This document shows positions 1 through 8,130 of a DNA stretch of 64,000 nucleotides, piece after piece; within the stretch, counting starts at the first letter, position 1, and each line of letters opens with the position of its first letter. The stretch is from assembly GCA_003193925.1 (NCBI GenBank), contig PSPG01000003.1, forward strand, positions 1 through 64,000. The letters are read 5' to 3'. The position numbers and the translations under genes are program-made. The DNA comes from Candidatus Thalassarchaeum betae. Its GTDB lineage: Archaea; Thermoplasmatota; Poseidoniia; Poseidoniales; Thalassarchaeaceae. The notes beneath the pieces are model-generated. The model did no database searches and had not been told where the DNA came from. It worked only from the letters and a program-made list of their open reading frames with translations.

Positions 1-375
1 GGGCGAGGATCGATCGTTCTGATTGGCTCGACCGCAGGTATCTACGGTGAATCCGGACATGCTGATTACGCTGCGGCGAAGGGCGCCATCACATCAGGTC
101 TGCTGATGTCACTGAAGAACGACGTCTCGCAAATCGGCGGTGTCCGTGTCAATGCGGTCGCTCCAGGATGGACAGTCACGCCAAAGAAGATCGAACAGGG
201 AGTCGACGAGGAGCTAGTCGAGCGTGCAACTGCGACGATGGCGCTGAAGAAGCTCGCGACCCCTGAGGATGTGGCTAGCGCTGTGGTCATGCTAGCTTCA
301 GACGAGATATCAGGACACATCACGGGTCAGGTGATCGAGGTCGCTGGCGGAATGGAAGGACGTTTGATTCCCTGA
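1..375 (+). CDS. Short-chain dehydrogenase/reductase (SDR), 5'-truncated by the window edge
   Basis: Frame is open from base 1: GSIVLIGSTAG..YAAAK (catalytic S and YxxxK), then RVNAVAPG and ITGQVIEVAGG, typical of the SDR C-terminus. Confidence 0.85.
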   Translation, partial: GRGSIVLIGSTAGIYGESGHADYAAAKGAITSGLLMSLKNDVSQIGGVRVNAVAPGWTVTPKKIEQGVDEELVERATATMALKKLATPEDVASAVVMLASDEISGHITGQVIEVAGGMEGRLIP

Positions 376-680
376 ATCAATGAGTAGCGAATGAGTCGCC
401 CCTCAGTCAATCGGTATGAATGAGTCATGTCCGAGTCATAGGGTTCTTCAGTAGAACCCACTGAAACACTGCCTGTTGCATAGGGTTGCACTCATGCACC
501 CTTTGAGCCGTGGACGAGTCAATGTGGTTTCAATGGGTCCAAAGAGCTCATCACTTCGGCCTGTGCTTGTAGCAGTAATCGCTTCCTTTCTGACTCTTCG
601 ATTTGTTGCACCGTTCCCCACCCGAATCTACATGCCGACTCTGTCCTGATTGCCGTCACGAAGGTTTGTAATGGCGAAGG

Positions 681-1433
681 GTGGGGGAGCGAAACATGGC
701 AGATGAGGGTGCGGGTGTCCAAGAGGCGAAGGTGCCTGAGCGAGTGGTCGACGGGAAGCCGACTCTCTACTGTTTCGAGACCTGTCCGTTCTGCTGGAAG
801 GTCCGTTCACTGCTCTCCTGGAAGGGCGTCGATTTCTCGAAGGTCGAGGTCGATCCGATGAAGAAGAAGGAACTCAAATGGTCAGATTGGTCGGCGGTGC
901 CGGTCTATGTGGAGGCCGACGGCACACAGGTCAACGACTCCAACCCCATCCTCCACTGGGTCAACTCCAACCACACTGGGGGAACACCCTTCCCACGGGC
1001 GGGCGAGGATGAGAGCCAAGACAAGTGGATGGACTTCAGTGGTGATGTTCTCGGAAAGTCAATCGTTGCCGTCATCTACAGCTCATATGGTGACAGTCGC
1101 AAGGCGCTCGCCTACGTATCAGAGGTTGAGTCGTTCAGCCGTTGGCAGGCGTTTCAGGCGAAATGGCTCGGCGGGTTCATCATGCGGATGGTCGGCAAGA
1201 GCCGAGCCAAGATGTTCGAACTTCCTCCCGAAGAGAACCTCGAATTCCAACTAGATCACCTCTCAAGCGCGCTCGCAGGCGATTTCATGGGCGGCGATGT
1301 GCCCAACGGGGCGGACTTCGCCAACTACGGGATTCTGCGAGCTATGCAGGGGCTGCGCGGCTTCCCCATCGTCGAGGCTCACGGCTCGATTGGACCGTGG
1401 TTCCAACGGATGAAGTCGACTTCTGGCGTCTGA
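681..1433 (+). CDS. Glutathione S-transferase family protein, prostaglandin E synthase 2-like (glutaredoxin N-domain)
   Basis: TCPFCWKVR motif, AVPV, NDS and a GST C-terminal helix region (FMGGDVPNGAD); the ATG at 696 is a possible start. Confidence 0.8.
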   Translation: MGERNMADEGAGVQEAKVPERVVDGKPTLYCFETCPFCWKVRSLLSWKGVDFSKVEVDPMKKKELKWSDWSAVPVYVEADGTQVNDSNPILHWVNSNHTGGTPFPRAGEDESQDKWMDFSGDVLGKSIVAVIYSSYGDSRKALAYVSEVESFSRWQAFQAKWLGGFIMRMVGKSRAKMFELPPEENLEFQLDHLSSALAGDFMGGDVPNGADFANYGILRAMQGLRGFPIVEAHGSIGPWFQRMKSTSGV

Positions 1434-1475
1434 TTAGTCGATGCGGGGCTTTGTCAGCGCGAGGATGCTGTAGAA

Positions 1476-1772
1476 TCACTCACAGAACACCCTGACAGTG
1501 TCACCGTCACTGCTGACGATGTTCACGTCGAATTCCTTGACAGCTTCCAGCAACTCCTCCGTAGGGACTTCGTCTATGAATCGGTCTAGATCGAAACCCT
1601 CGTTCTCCATGGCTTTCCTAGCGCTTCTGGGGATGAAGTGGTGGAATTTCATGGACAAATTGATGAGGATTAGTGGGATGCGAATATTCACGTCATCGCC
1701 GTCGTTGCTCTGCACCATTATGTAGAGAAATCGTGGGTTCTTAGTGGTGGTTTTTAGTTTGTCTTTGGCCAT
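1476..1772 (-). CDS. Small hypothetical protein
   Basis: 98-aa ORF with a protein-like beta-alpha-beta pattern (VNIRIPL ... DGDTVRVFCE); fills the gap between the GST and amt genes. Confidence 0.6.
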   Translation of the reverse strand: MAKDKLKTTTKNPRFLYIMVQSNDGDDVNIRIPLILINLSMKFHHFIPRSARKAMENEGFDLDRFIDEVPTEELLEAVKEFDVNIVSSDGDTVRVFCE

Positions 1773-1870
1773 GTATTCTGGTTGAAGACCGCGCCTAATA
1801 AGCCTGTCATTTCAATGGGTACCGCTACATCAGTCCCAACGACTAAGTGTAGATTATCAATGCACGAATC

Positions 1871-3076
1871 ATGTCTTTAGACACTGGCGATACTAGCTTC
1901 ATGCTCGTAGCCACCGCTTTGGTAATGATAATGACACCCGGATTGGCCTTCTTCTATGGCGGCCTGGTGAGCAGGAAGAACGTCCTCGCAATCATGATGC
2001 AGTCCTATGTATCAATGGGTGTCTCGACGATACTCTGGGTCGCAGTGGGGTATTCATTATGTTTCAGCGGTGATGTAGGGGGAATAATCGGAAATCTGGA
2101 TATGGCTTTCTTGAGAGGCATCGAAGTCACTGACCTTGGGGGCCTCAACGACACCATCCCGCTATTGTTATTCGTCGTCTACCAGATGATGTTCGCCATC
2201 ATTACGCCGGCCCTGATAACCGGGGCCTTTGCCAACCGAATCACCTTCAAGGCCTACCTGATCTTCCTGGTGGCTTGGCAGATTCTCGTCTACTACCCCT
2301 TCGTCCACATGATCTGGGGTGGAGGCATGTTGGCTGATTGGGGAGTGCTCGATTTCGCCGGCGGCATCGTGGTGCACGCTCTGGCGGGCATGGCGGCCTT
2401 GGCCAGCGTCATTTATGTGGGGAAAAGAGGGGTCGAGGATGCTGGCGCCCACAACGTTCCCTTTGTCGCCATAGGCGCTGCGCTCCTCTGGTTCGGCTGG
2501 TTCGGTTTCAATGCCGGCAGCGAGTTGGCTGTTGACGGAGTCACAGCGGTCGCCTTCATCAACACTCAGATAGCGGCTGCGTTCGCAGCCATAACCTGGC
2601 TGCTTCTGGCTTGGTACTATGACGGGAAACCCTCGTTTGTGGAGATGCTCATCGGCATGATTGCTGGACTGGCCACCATAACTCCCGCCGCAGGTTTTGT
2701 CAGCCCCCAGAGTGCGATGCTCATCGGAGTGGCTGCTGGAGCGGCGTGTTACTTCGCCGTGGTATTTCGGAAGAAAAAGGGATTGGACGATGCTCTCGAC
2801 GTCTGGGGTGTTCACGGCGTTGGTGGTGCTCTTGGAATCATTATGTTGGGTGTTCTGGCCTCTGAGAGCATCGGTGGGCAAAACGGTCTCTATCATGGTA
2901 ATCAGGACTTCTTCATGGTGCAGTTGGCCGGATTGGCTCTGGCCTGCGTCTGGGCCTTCGCGTTCACCTACGGGATGCTGATGATGATTGACAAGGTCAC
3001 ACCGGTGAGAGTGAGTGAGGAAGCTGAGGCTGCACTGGACGTGACTCTCCACGGTGAAAGCGCATACACCGATTAG
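1871..3076 (+). CDS. amtB: Ammonium transporter (Amt family)
   Basis: MTPGLAFFYGGLV, YQMMFAIIT, DFAGGIVVH, WFGWFGFNAGS and DDALDVWGVHG; both pore His residues are present; about 11 TM helices. Confidence 0.97.
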   Translation: MSLDTGDTSFMLVATALVMIMTPGLAFFYGGLVSRKNVLAIMMQSYVSMGVSTILWVAVGYSLCFSGDVGGIIGNLDMAFLRGIEVTDLGGLNDTIPLLLFVVYQMMFAIITPALITGAFANRITFKAYLIFLVAWQILVYYPFVHMIWGGGMLADWGVLDFAGGIVVHALAGMAALASVIYVGKRGVEDAGAHNVPFVAIGAALLWFGWFGFNAGSELAVDGVTAVAFINTQIAAAFAAITWLLLAWYYDGKPSFVEMLIGMIAGLATITPAAGFVSPQSAMLIGVAAGAACYFAVVFRKKKGLDDALDVWGVHGVGGALGIIMLGVLASESIGGQNGLYHGNQDFFMVQLAGLALACVWAFAFTYGMLMMIDKVTPVRVSEEAEAALDVTLHGESAYTD

Positions 3077-3200
3077 AACCACGAGAATCCAGCCTGACTC
3101 AATGGTAGGGTCGGTTCGAGAATTTTCTGGGTTTCCTAATTTCTGCTTAGTTAAAAAGAAATATCTTCCCTGTGTCCGATGCTTGAAACGGAGTGACATT

Positions 3201-3953
3201 ATGGATGATGAGGAACACTTCGAATTCGAAAAGATTGGGCGTTTAATTGGCCCACACCACTTCCTCTGGGTCTTCATCCTCTTCTTCCCCATCGCTCATT
3301 CCTACAGCGACCCTAACCACCTCCCCGGTTATTACCTGGGAGACCGCTGGATGCGTTGTTGGAATTTCCCCGACTTCATCTATGGGGGGGAATACTGTCA
3401 CAATCCCCAAACGGATACAGCTTTTCTCTTCGCTTCATTATTCGAGTCAGTCGTGATTGTATTGACCCTTGCTGTAATATTCAGAATCCTACGAGGTTCG
3501 TCGGAGCCCGAGCCGGAACCTGAGCCAGAGGAACCTGTGTGCGAGTTGGAGGGCTTCTGTGAGTTTGACTATCCTGAAGCATCTAACAACTACGAGGCCG
3601 AAGGGCGGTGCTGGCATTGTGGGAAGATAGAGTCGCCAGAATTTGTGGGACTGATGATGGTGGGTCAAGATCGCTTTCAGATTCTCAGGGACATGGAAGA
3701 CGACCTTGACGACGCAACTTACGATAGGCTCCAGCAGATGTTCCAAGCCATTCACGACAGCGAAATCGACTTCGCGAACAGTGGGGAAGGGACCCCCGAG
3801 TCCCGGCTTGAGGAGCTCAAGGCGATGGACGATTGCGAGCAGATACTCGCGGCGATGGCCCCCCATCTGGACGAGGCAACTTACGAGAAGTTCGGACGGG
3901 AGTTGGACGCGCACAGAGAACGGTTCCGGGCCTGGGAACCCAAAGCAAACTAG
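3201..3953 (+). CDS. Orphan membrane protein with 2 TM helices, an (EP)n linker, a Cys-rich putative Zn-binding segment and an acidic helical C-terminus
   Basis: ATG at 3201 (MDDEEH...), two hydrophobic stretches, EPEPEPEPEE, C-x5-C...CWHC. Confidence 0.65.
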   Translation: MDDEEHFEFEKIGRLIGPHHFLWVFILFFPIAHSYSDPNHLPGYYLGDRWMRCWNFPDFIYGGEYCHNPQTDTAFLFASLFESVVIVLTLAVIFRILRGSSEPEPEPEPEEPVCELEGFCEFDYPEASNNYEAEGRCWHCGKIESPEFVGLMMVGQDRFQILRDMEDDLDDATYDRLQQMFQAIHDSEIDFANSGEGTPESRLEELKAMDDCEQILAAMAPHLDEATYEKFGRELDAHRERFRAWEPKAN

Positions 3954-4028
3954 TCGGAAGCGAGGTCGGCGTCGATTACACCTGAGTCGGCTCGTTCCAC
4001 TCGAGCGAACCTTCTGGTGCCGTATCGT

Positions 4029-4115
4029 TCAGCCGTACACTAGGTACACGACGAGCGCCAGGGTTGCCATACAACCGTACAGGAGTCCCCACGGAAGGCG
4101 GTCCGTGTCGCTCAT
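4029..4115 (-). CDS. 28-aa single-TM micro-protein (MSDTDRLPWGLLYGCMATLALVVYLVYG)
   Basis: Read by hand; the ATG lies 3 nt after the upstream stop and is preceded by a GGTGA SD-like sequence; hydrophobic C-terminal half. Confidence 0.4.
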   Translation of the reverse strand: MSDTDRLPWGLLYGCMATLALVVYLVYG

Positions 4116-4118
4116 GCG

Positions 4119-4373
4119 TCACCACTTCCGCCTGTACCCGAGTTTCCGGCGCGTCATGTGGTAGGCGCAGACGTGCTCCCCGGGCTTCGCTGGATGCTTG
4201 CACCTGCCGCCGTCGCCGGTCATCGCCTCGCATCGGGGCTCCGCCTTCTTCTTCGCCTTCTTCGGCCCCTTCACGAACGCCTGAGTGCGGTCCCTGAGGT
4301 TCGCCTGCCGCCCCGACGTCCGGGGCCTGCGTGTTCGGGAGTGGCCCGGGGCCGTTCCACGGGCGCGGGCCAT
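4119..4373 (-). CDS. Small basic protein with a CCCH-type Zn finger (C-x-A-x-T-xx-G-x-R-C...C-xx-H)
   Basis: MARARG...KKAKKK...RCEAMTGDGGRCKHPAKPGEHVCAYH; TTAATT about 25 nt upstream of the ATG at 4373. Confidence 0.6.
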   Translation of the reverse strand: MARARGTAPGHSRTRRPRTSGRQANLRDRTQAFVKGPKKAKKKAEPRCEAMTGDGGRCKHPAKPGEHVCAYHMTRRKLGYRRKW

Positions 4374-4414
4374 GAAGGGCGGAGCACAGGGGAGGCAATT
4401 AACCCTACAAGTCG

Positions 4415-4690
4415 TCATTCATCGCGTGACATCATGTAACTGATGACCGATGCACTGAACCCGGAGCCAAACCCAATTCCCATGGAACCGACTAAGTCCA
4501 TCGGGGGCATTCCAAACCATCCATAGTAGTACGTGAAAAAAAAGACGAAACCCACTACTGCACCTATTCCAGCATGTCGAGCATATTTTTTCATGAACTT
4601 GGCAGGGGAGGGTCCCTCTATGATGTATGCGAAATATTCGCTACCCTCTGACTCGTATCTACGAGAGAGGGTTAGCAACAAATCGTTCAA
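4415..4690 (-). CDS. Small 2-TM hypothetical membrane protein (true start may be the ATG at 4594)
   Basis: MKKYARHAGIGAVVGFVFFFTYYYGW...GSMGIGFGSGFSASVISY, two Gly-rich hydrophobic helices. Confidence 0.5.
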   Translation of the reverse strand: MNDLLLTLSRRYESEGSEYFAYIIEGPSPAKFMKKYARHAGIGAVVGFVFFFTYYYGWFGMPPMDLVGSMGIGFGSGFSASVISYMMSRDE

Positions 4691-4711
4691 GTCCAGCGCC
4701 CCTTTCGGAAC

Positions 4712-4807
4712 ATGCCATTGGACTTGACAAGCAAGAGGTCCATCCTGATAATGCTCATTGTAGCATGGCTCGTCATCCAGTTCAGGAAGTGGATCTACAC
4801 AGTATAG
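4712..4807 (+). CDS. 31-aa single-TM micro-protein (MPLDLTSKRSILIMLIVAWLVIQFRKWIYTV)
   Basis: Read by hand; ATG..TAG with a hydrophobic helix flanked by basic residues. Confidence 0.4.
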   Translation: MPLDLTSKRSILIMLIVAWLVIQFRKWIYTV

Positions 4808-4940
4808 GGTAGGGAATCCACTACCGAGCAGTCAATCGGTAGGAATGCAACAGGATTGGTTGGTTGGGCTTACCGAGGCACCCATGAAACTAGCAATCAG
4901 TGGATAGGGTTCACTTAGGAACCCACACAACCACTGGTGG

Positions 4941-5684
4941 TTAGTTGGGTTCAGAATCCTCTTCTTGGTCGAATATACTCAGTTGGTTGACCCTTTCTCT
5001 GAGTTTCAATACCTCCAATGTCAACTCATCTCTTGACATTGATTGCAAGTCCTCGGTTAAGACGAGTTTTCCATTTTCCCAAAGCGTAGTGAAACCGCTT
5101 CCATCAGACCTTGTTGTGAACAAGCGACCGTGAAACATATTGTCCTTGAACTGGCCTTCGTAGCGATCACCGTCCGCGTATTCGTAGGCCCCCTGGCCGT
5201 GCTGCTTACCGTCCTTCCAGTGGCCGTCGTAGCGATTACCGGCAAGATCACCGCTCGCGTGTTCGTAGACCCCTTGGCCGTGCTTCTTACCGTCCTTCCA
5301 GTGGCCGTCGTAGCAATCGCCGTTCGGGTATTCGTAGACCCCTTGGTCGTTCCTCTTGTCGTCCTTGTACTGGCCGTCGTAGCGACCACCGGCATAATCA
5401 CCGCTCGCGTATTCGTAGACCCCTTGGCCGTGCTTCTTGCCGTCCTTCCACTGGCCCTCGAAGAGATTACCGTTCACGAATTCGAGGACCCCTTGGCCGT
5501 GCTGCTTGCCGTCCTTCCACTGGCCGTCGTAGCGAGCACCGTTCACGAATTCGTAGACCCCTTGGCCGTTCCTCTTGTCGTCCTTCCAGTGGCCGTCGTA
5601 GCGATCGCCGTTCACGAATTCGTAGACCCCTTGGCCGTGACGCTCCCCCAGCTCGTTGGTATCGCCAGTGTAGGTATTAGTCAC
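4941..5684 (-). CDS. MORN-repeat protein with a C-terminal coiled-coil segment
   Basis: About 8 repeats of YxGxWKDxKxHGQGVYEY/F (23 aa, two of 27 aa). Confidence 0.9.
   Translation of the reverse strand: MTNTYTGDTNELGERHGQGVYEFVNGDRYDGHWKDDKRNGQGVYEFVNGARYDGQWKDGKQHGQGVLEFVNGNLFEGQWKDGKKHGQGVYEYASGDYAGGRYDGQYKDDKRNDQGVYEYPNGDCYDGHWKDGKKHGQGVYEHASGDLAGNRYDGHWKDGKQHGQGAYEYADGDRYEGQFKDNMFHGRLFTTRSDGSGFTTLWENGKLVLTEDLQSMSRDELTLEVLKLRERVNQLSIFDQEEDSEPN
5160..5640. repeat. Intragenic tandem repeat (69-bp unit, some 81 bp) encoding the MORN repeats
   Basis: Recurring ttcgtagaccccttggccgt and ccgtccttccagtggccgtcgtagc blocks. Confidence 0.85.
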
Positions 5685-5750
5685 AAATTCGGATAAGGGT
5701 CATTGATTTCAATGATACTACATTCAAGTCTATAGACGAATGACCCTCGT

Positions 5751-5787
5751 GAGTCCGGAAGCTCAGGGGTTTAGATCCACGAGGATT
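5751..5787 (+). repeat. Dyad site copy 1: gaagctcagggg-tttaga-tccacgaggatt (5758-5787), preceded by gagtccg
   Basis: Direct match to 6170-6199 and inverted match to 8376-8412; arm-6 bp-arm architecture. Confidence 0.85.
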
Positions 5788-5941
5788 AGAACTGCCTGCC
5801 CGGATTTATCCCAGGGTCTATTGCCCCTCTCGAGTCCATCGTCGCAGGCCTCGCCCGCGAGCTCCGCGAGTGCCTGGCGCGAGGCGCGTCCGAGCGCGTC
5901 GGCGTGCTGCTGACTCTGCTCGAGGCCCTGGGGGGTCCGCC

Positions 5942-6079
5942 ATGAGGCTAGAAAATCCCCGTGTCCGCCCACCAAAGCACGTAGACTATGACCATGAGGG
6001 CAACGAACTCCTGCCAGCCGGGCTCCCAGTTACCGTCAGGGTCAAGCGGCACGATACCGACAGGAGGTGCCAGCCTTGA
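5942..6079 (+). CDS. 45-aa hypothetical micro-protein (MRLENPRVRPPKHVDYDHEGNELLPAGLPVTVRVKRHDTDRRCQP)
   Basis: ATGA overlap with an upstream start-less frame (...LLEALGGPP*) and TTGA overlap with a downstream mini-ORF preceded by GGAGGTG. Confidence 0.4.
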   Translation: MRLENPRVRPPKHVDYDHEGNELLPAGLPVTVRVKRHDTDRRCQP

Positions 6080-6169
6080 ACGCCTCGCCCCGCATGATGG
6101 AGGAATGCCCCGACTCGTGGCGCGGCTCAACTGCCTCGCCCTGGCTCGGGTACGCCTTCGACGTGCCAG

Positions 6170-6199
6170 GAAGCTCAGGGATTTAGATCCACGAGCGTC
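6170..6199 (+). repeat. Dyad site copy 2: gaagctcaggga-tttaga-tccacgagcgtc
   Basis: Same spacer as copy 1, 412 bp downstream; immediately precedes the bacterial-like tauE-dcyD segment. Confidence 0.85.
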
Positions 6200-6278
6200 C
6201 ACGGCCACATCGAAATTTCGGCTATCGGTGATCAAGGAATCCAAGATAGCCTTACATGAACACAAGCACGGGCGAGAG

Positions 6279-7028
6279 ATGGTGGATTGGATATTACTAC
6301 TGCTGATGGTGACATTTGCAGCCGCTATGGTTCAATCGGCGACGGGATTTGGCTTTGGGCTAATCTCCGTACCCGCCTTCCTGATCGTGATGAATTCGGT
6401 GGTCGCGATTCAACTGGTAATCATCATCACCTTGGGGATGTCCTGTGTTCATTGGCCGACATTAAGGGGCGTGGCGCCGGGGCACCTGCTGAAGTGGCTG
6501 TCGCTAGGCTGCACCTTTGGGTTTCCACTGGGTATCGTGGTCTATGCCAAGTTCGATATCGATACCATCAAAATGACGGTAGCGTTGTTAATCATCCTGA
6601 TATCCGTAATAAACGGTTGGCACCTGTTGAGCAAAGAAACAGGTCGTCGCCAGCCAGATCGACAACCCCATGGTCCCGGTACGCTGATGGGTGTCGGTGT
6701 TGCCTCCGGCCTGATGGCCAGCAGTCTGGCAATGCCTGGACCTGCGGTAATGCTCTATCTCTCTCGGACCGGACTCGATAAAAACGAGATTCGGGCCACC
6801 ATTTTGACATTCTTCCTGTTCTCCTATGGCGGGGCGCTGCTGTTACAGGCGACCTTGATCGGTATCGGGACCCAAACCTGGATTAACGCCTTGGTACTCA
6901 CGCCCGCAGCCCTTGGGGGGGTGGTTGTCGGTCACCTGCTATCGAAAAAGATTAATCAACAACTGTTCGAGGGGCTGGTGCTGTTGATATTGCTGCTAAC
7001 TGGCTTTTTCATGCTGGTCAGCCTCTAG
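6279..7028 (+). CDS. Sulfite exporter TauE/SafE family membrane protein
   Basis: AAMVQSATGFGFGL motif, SSLAMPGP in the second repeat, about 8 TM helices; ATG at 6279 preferred over the ORF-track start. Confidence 0.88.
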   Translation: MVDWILLLLMVTFAAAMVQSATGFGFGLISVPAFLIVMNSVVAIQLVIIITLGMSCVHWPTLRGVAPGHLLKWLSLGCTFGFPLGIVVYAKFDIDTIKMTVALLIILISVINGWHLLSKETGRRQPDRQPHGPGTLMGVGVASGLMASSLAMPGPAVMLYLSRTGLDKNEIRATILTFFLFSYGGALLLQATLIGIGTQTWINALVLTPAALGGVVVGHLLSKKINQQLFEGLVLLILLLTGFFMLVSL

Positions 7029-7070
7029 CCCCCCGCCAACAACCTAACGTAATACCAAAGAGAGAAAAAC

Positions 7071-8084
7071 ATGCTAACCGACCAGTATCCCCGAGTCGAC
7101 CTGTCACATACACCGACGCCCCTGGACAGTCTGAACAATCTGAGCGAGGAGCTTGACGGGCCGCGCATCTGGGCGAAACGGGACGACTGTACCGGTCTTG
7201 CCATGGGCGGAAATAAGGCTCGCCAGTTGGAGTTCTACCTAGGCGATGCCGTCGCCAAAGGGGCCGACACCATCCTGACCACGGGGGCCGTGCAGTCCAA
7301 TCATGTGCGTATGACCATCGCCGCGACGAGAAAGTTGGGTCTCGAAGTCGAGGTGCAACTGGAGGAGCGAGTCGCAGGCCGACGACAAGAGTACTATGAC
7401 TCCGGCAATCCCTTCTTGATGAAAATGATGGATGCCAAGATCCACCGCTACCCGATAGGTGAGGATGAAGAGGGCGCAGATCGAGCCCTCTATGATAGGG
7501 CTGAAGAAATTCGAAAGGAGGGTGGCAACCCCTACGTCATCCCCCTGTCGGGTAACCACGTGCCCTACGGCGCTCTTGGTTATGTGAAATGTGCCGAAGA
7601 GTTACTGGAACAGTTCCCGCAACTTTCCTTGCGCGTCGACGCCATCGTACTGGCAACCGGTAGTGGTATGACCCAAGCCGGACTACTGGCCGGCTTGAGA
7701 GCCCTTGGCAGCGGCATCCCCGTCTACGGTTTTTGTGTTCGGCGCGACCAAACCGCTCAGGCCGGCCGTGTGTTTGACAAAGCGCAGAAAGTTGCGGAGA
7801 TGATCGACTGCCAAGGCGTGGTCACTCAGGGTGACGTCTGGGTCGACGACCGCATGCTGGGTCCAGGTTATGGCCAGTTGAATGCGGAGCTGCTGGAGGC
7901 GATACGCCTGACTGCCCGATACGAAGGCATGTTGCTCGACCCCACCTACAGTGGAAAGTCGATGGCCGGACTGATTCATCTGGTGGCCAGCGGGCACTTT
8001 CGGCGCGACCAAACTGTGGTGTTCCTGCATACCGGCGGCACGCCGGCGCTTTTCGGTTACCCTGAAATCTTGGAACTACAGTAA
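7071..8084 (+). CDS. dcyD: D-cysteine desulfhydrase / ACC deaminase family PLP enzyme
   Basis: KRDDCTGLAMGGNKAR (PLP Lys), GAVQSNH, LLDPTYSGK and FLHTGG; AGAGAG purine-rich SD-like sequence upstream. Confidence 0.9.
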   Translation: MLTDQYPRVDLSHTPTPLDSLNNLSEELDGPRIWAKRDDCTGLAMGGNKARQLEFYLGDAVAKGADTILTTGAVQSNHVRMTIAATRKLGLEVEVQLEERVAGRRQEYYDSGNPFLMKMMDAKIHRYPIGEDEEGADRALYDRAEEIRKEGGNPYVIPLSGNHVPYGALGYVKCAEELLEQFPQLSLRVDAIVLATGSGMTQAGLLAGLRALGSGIPVYGFCVRRDQTAQAGRVFDKAQKVAEMIDCQGVVTQGDVWVDDRMLGPGYGQLNAELLEAIRLTARYEGMLLDPTYSGKSMAGLIHLVASGHFRRDQTVVFLHTGGTPALFGYPEILELQ

Positions 8085-8130
8085 ACCCCCGAAGGTGAAT
8101 ATAATGGGGGCCTCCGGCCTCCGAATAGCG

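Noticed and set aside
519-722. 67-aa minus-strand ORF
   Set aside because: Overlaps the GST start; only the last ~30 codons look protein-like, which is insufficient support.
3095-3140. Possible tRNA fragment (ggttcga) at the island edge
   Set aside because: No T-stem or acceptor-stem pairing and no CCA end could be built.
2168-3292. 374-aa antisense ORF, and similar long shadow ORFs (18673-20034, 53078-54289, 59010-60197, 17179-18216)
   Set aside because: They lie opposite well-supported genes and are expected from high-GC codon bias; no recognisable motifs.
5160-5640. Regularly spaced repeats resembling a CRISPR array
   Set aside because: The units are in-frame 69/81-bp MORN coding repeats; the intervening sequences are similar to each other and no cas genes are present.
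5988-6278. N-terminal extension of the TauE ORF
   Set aside because: Not TauE-like and runs across dyad site 2; the ATG at 6279 gives a normal-length protein.
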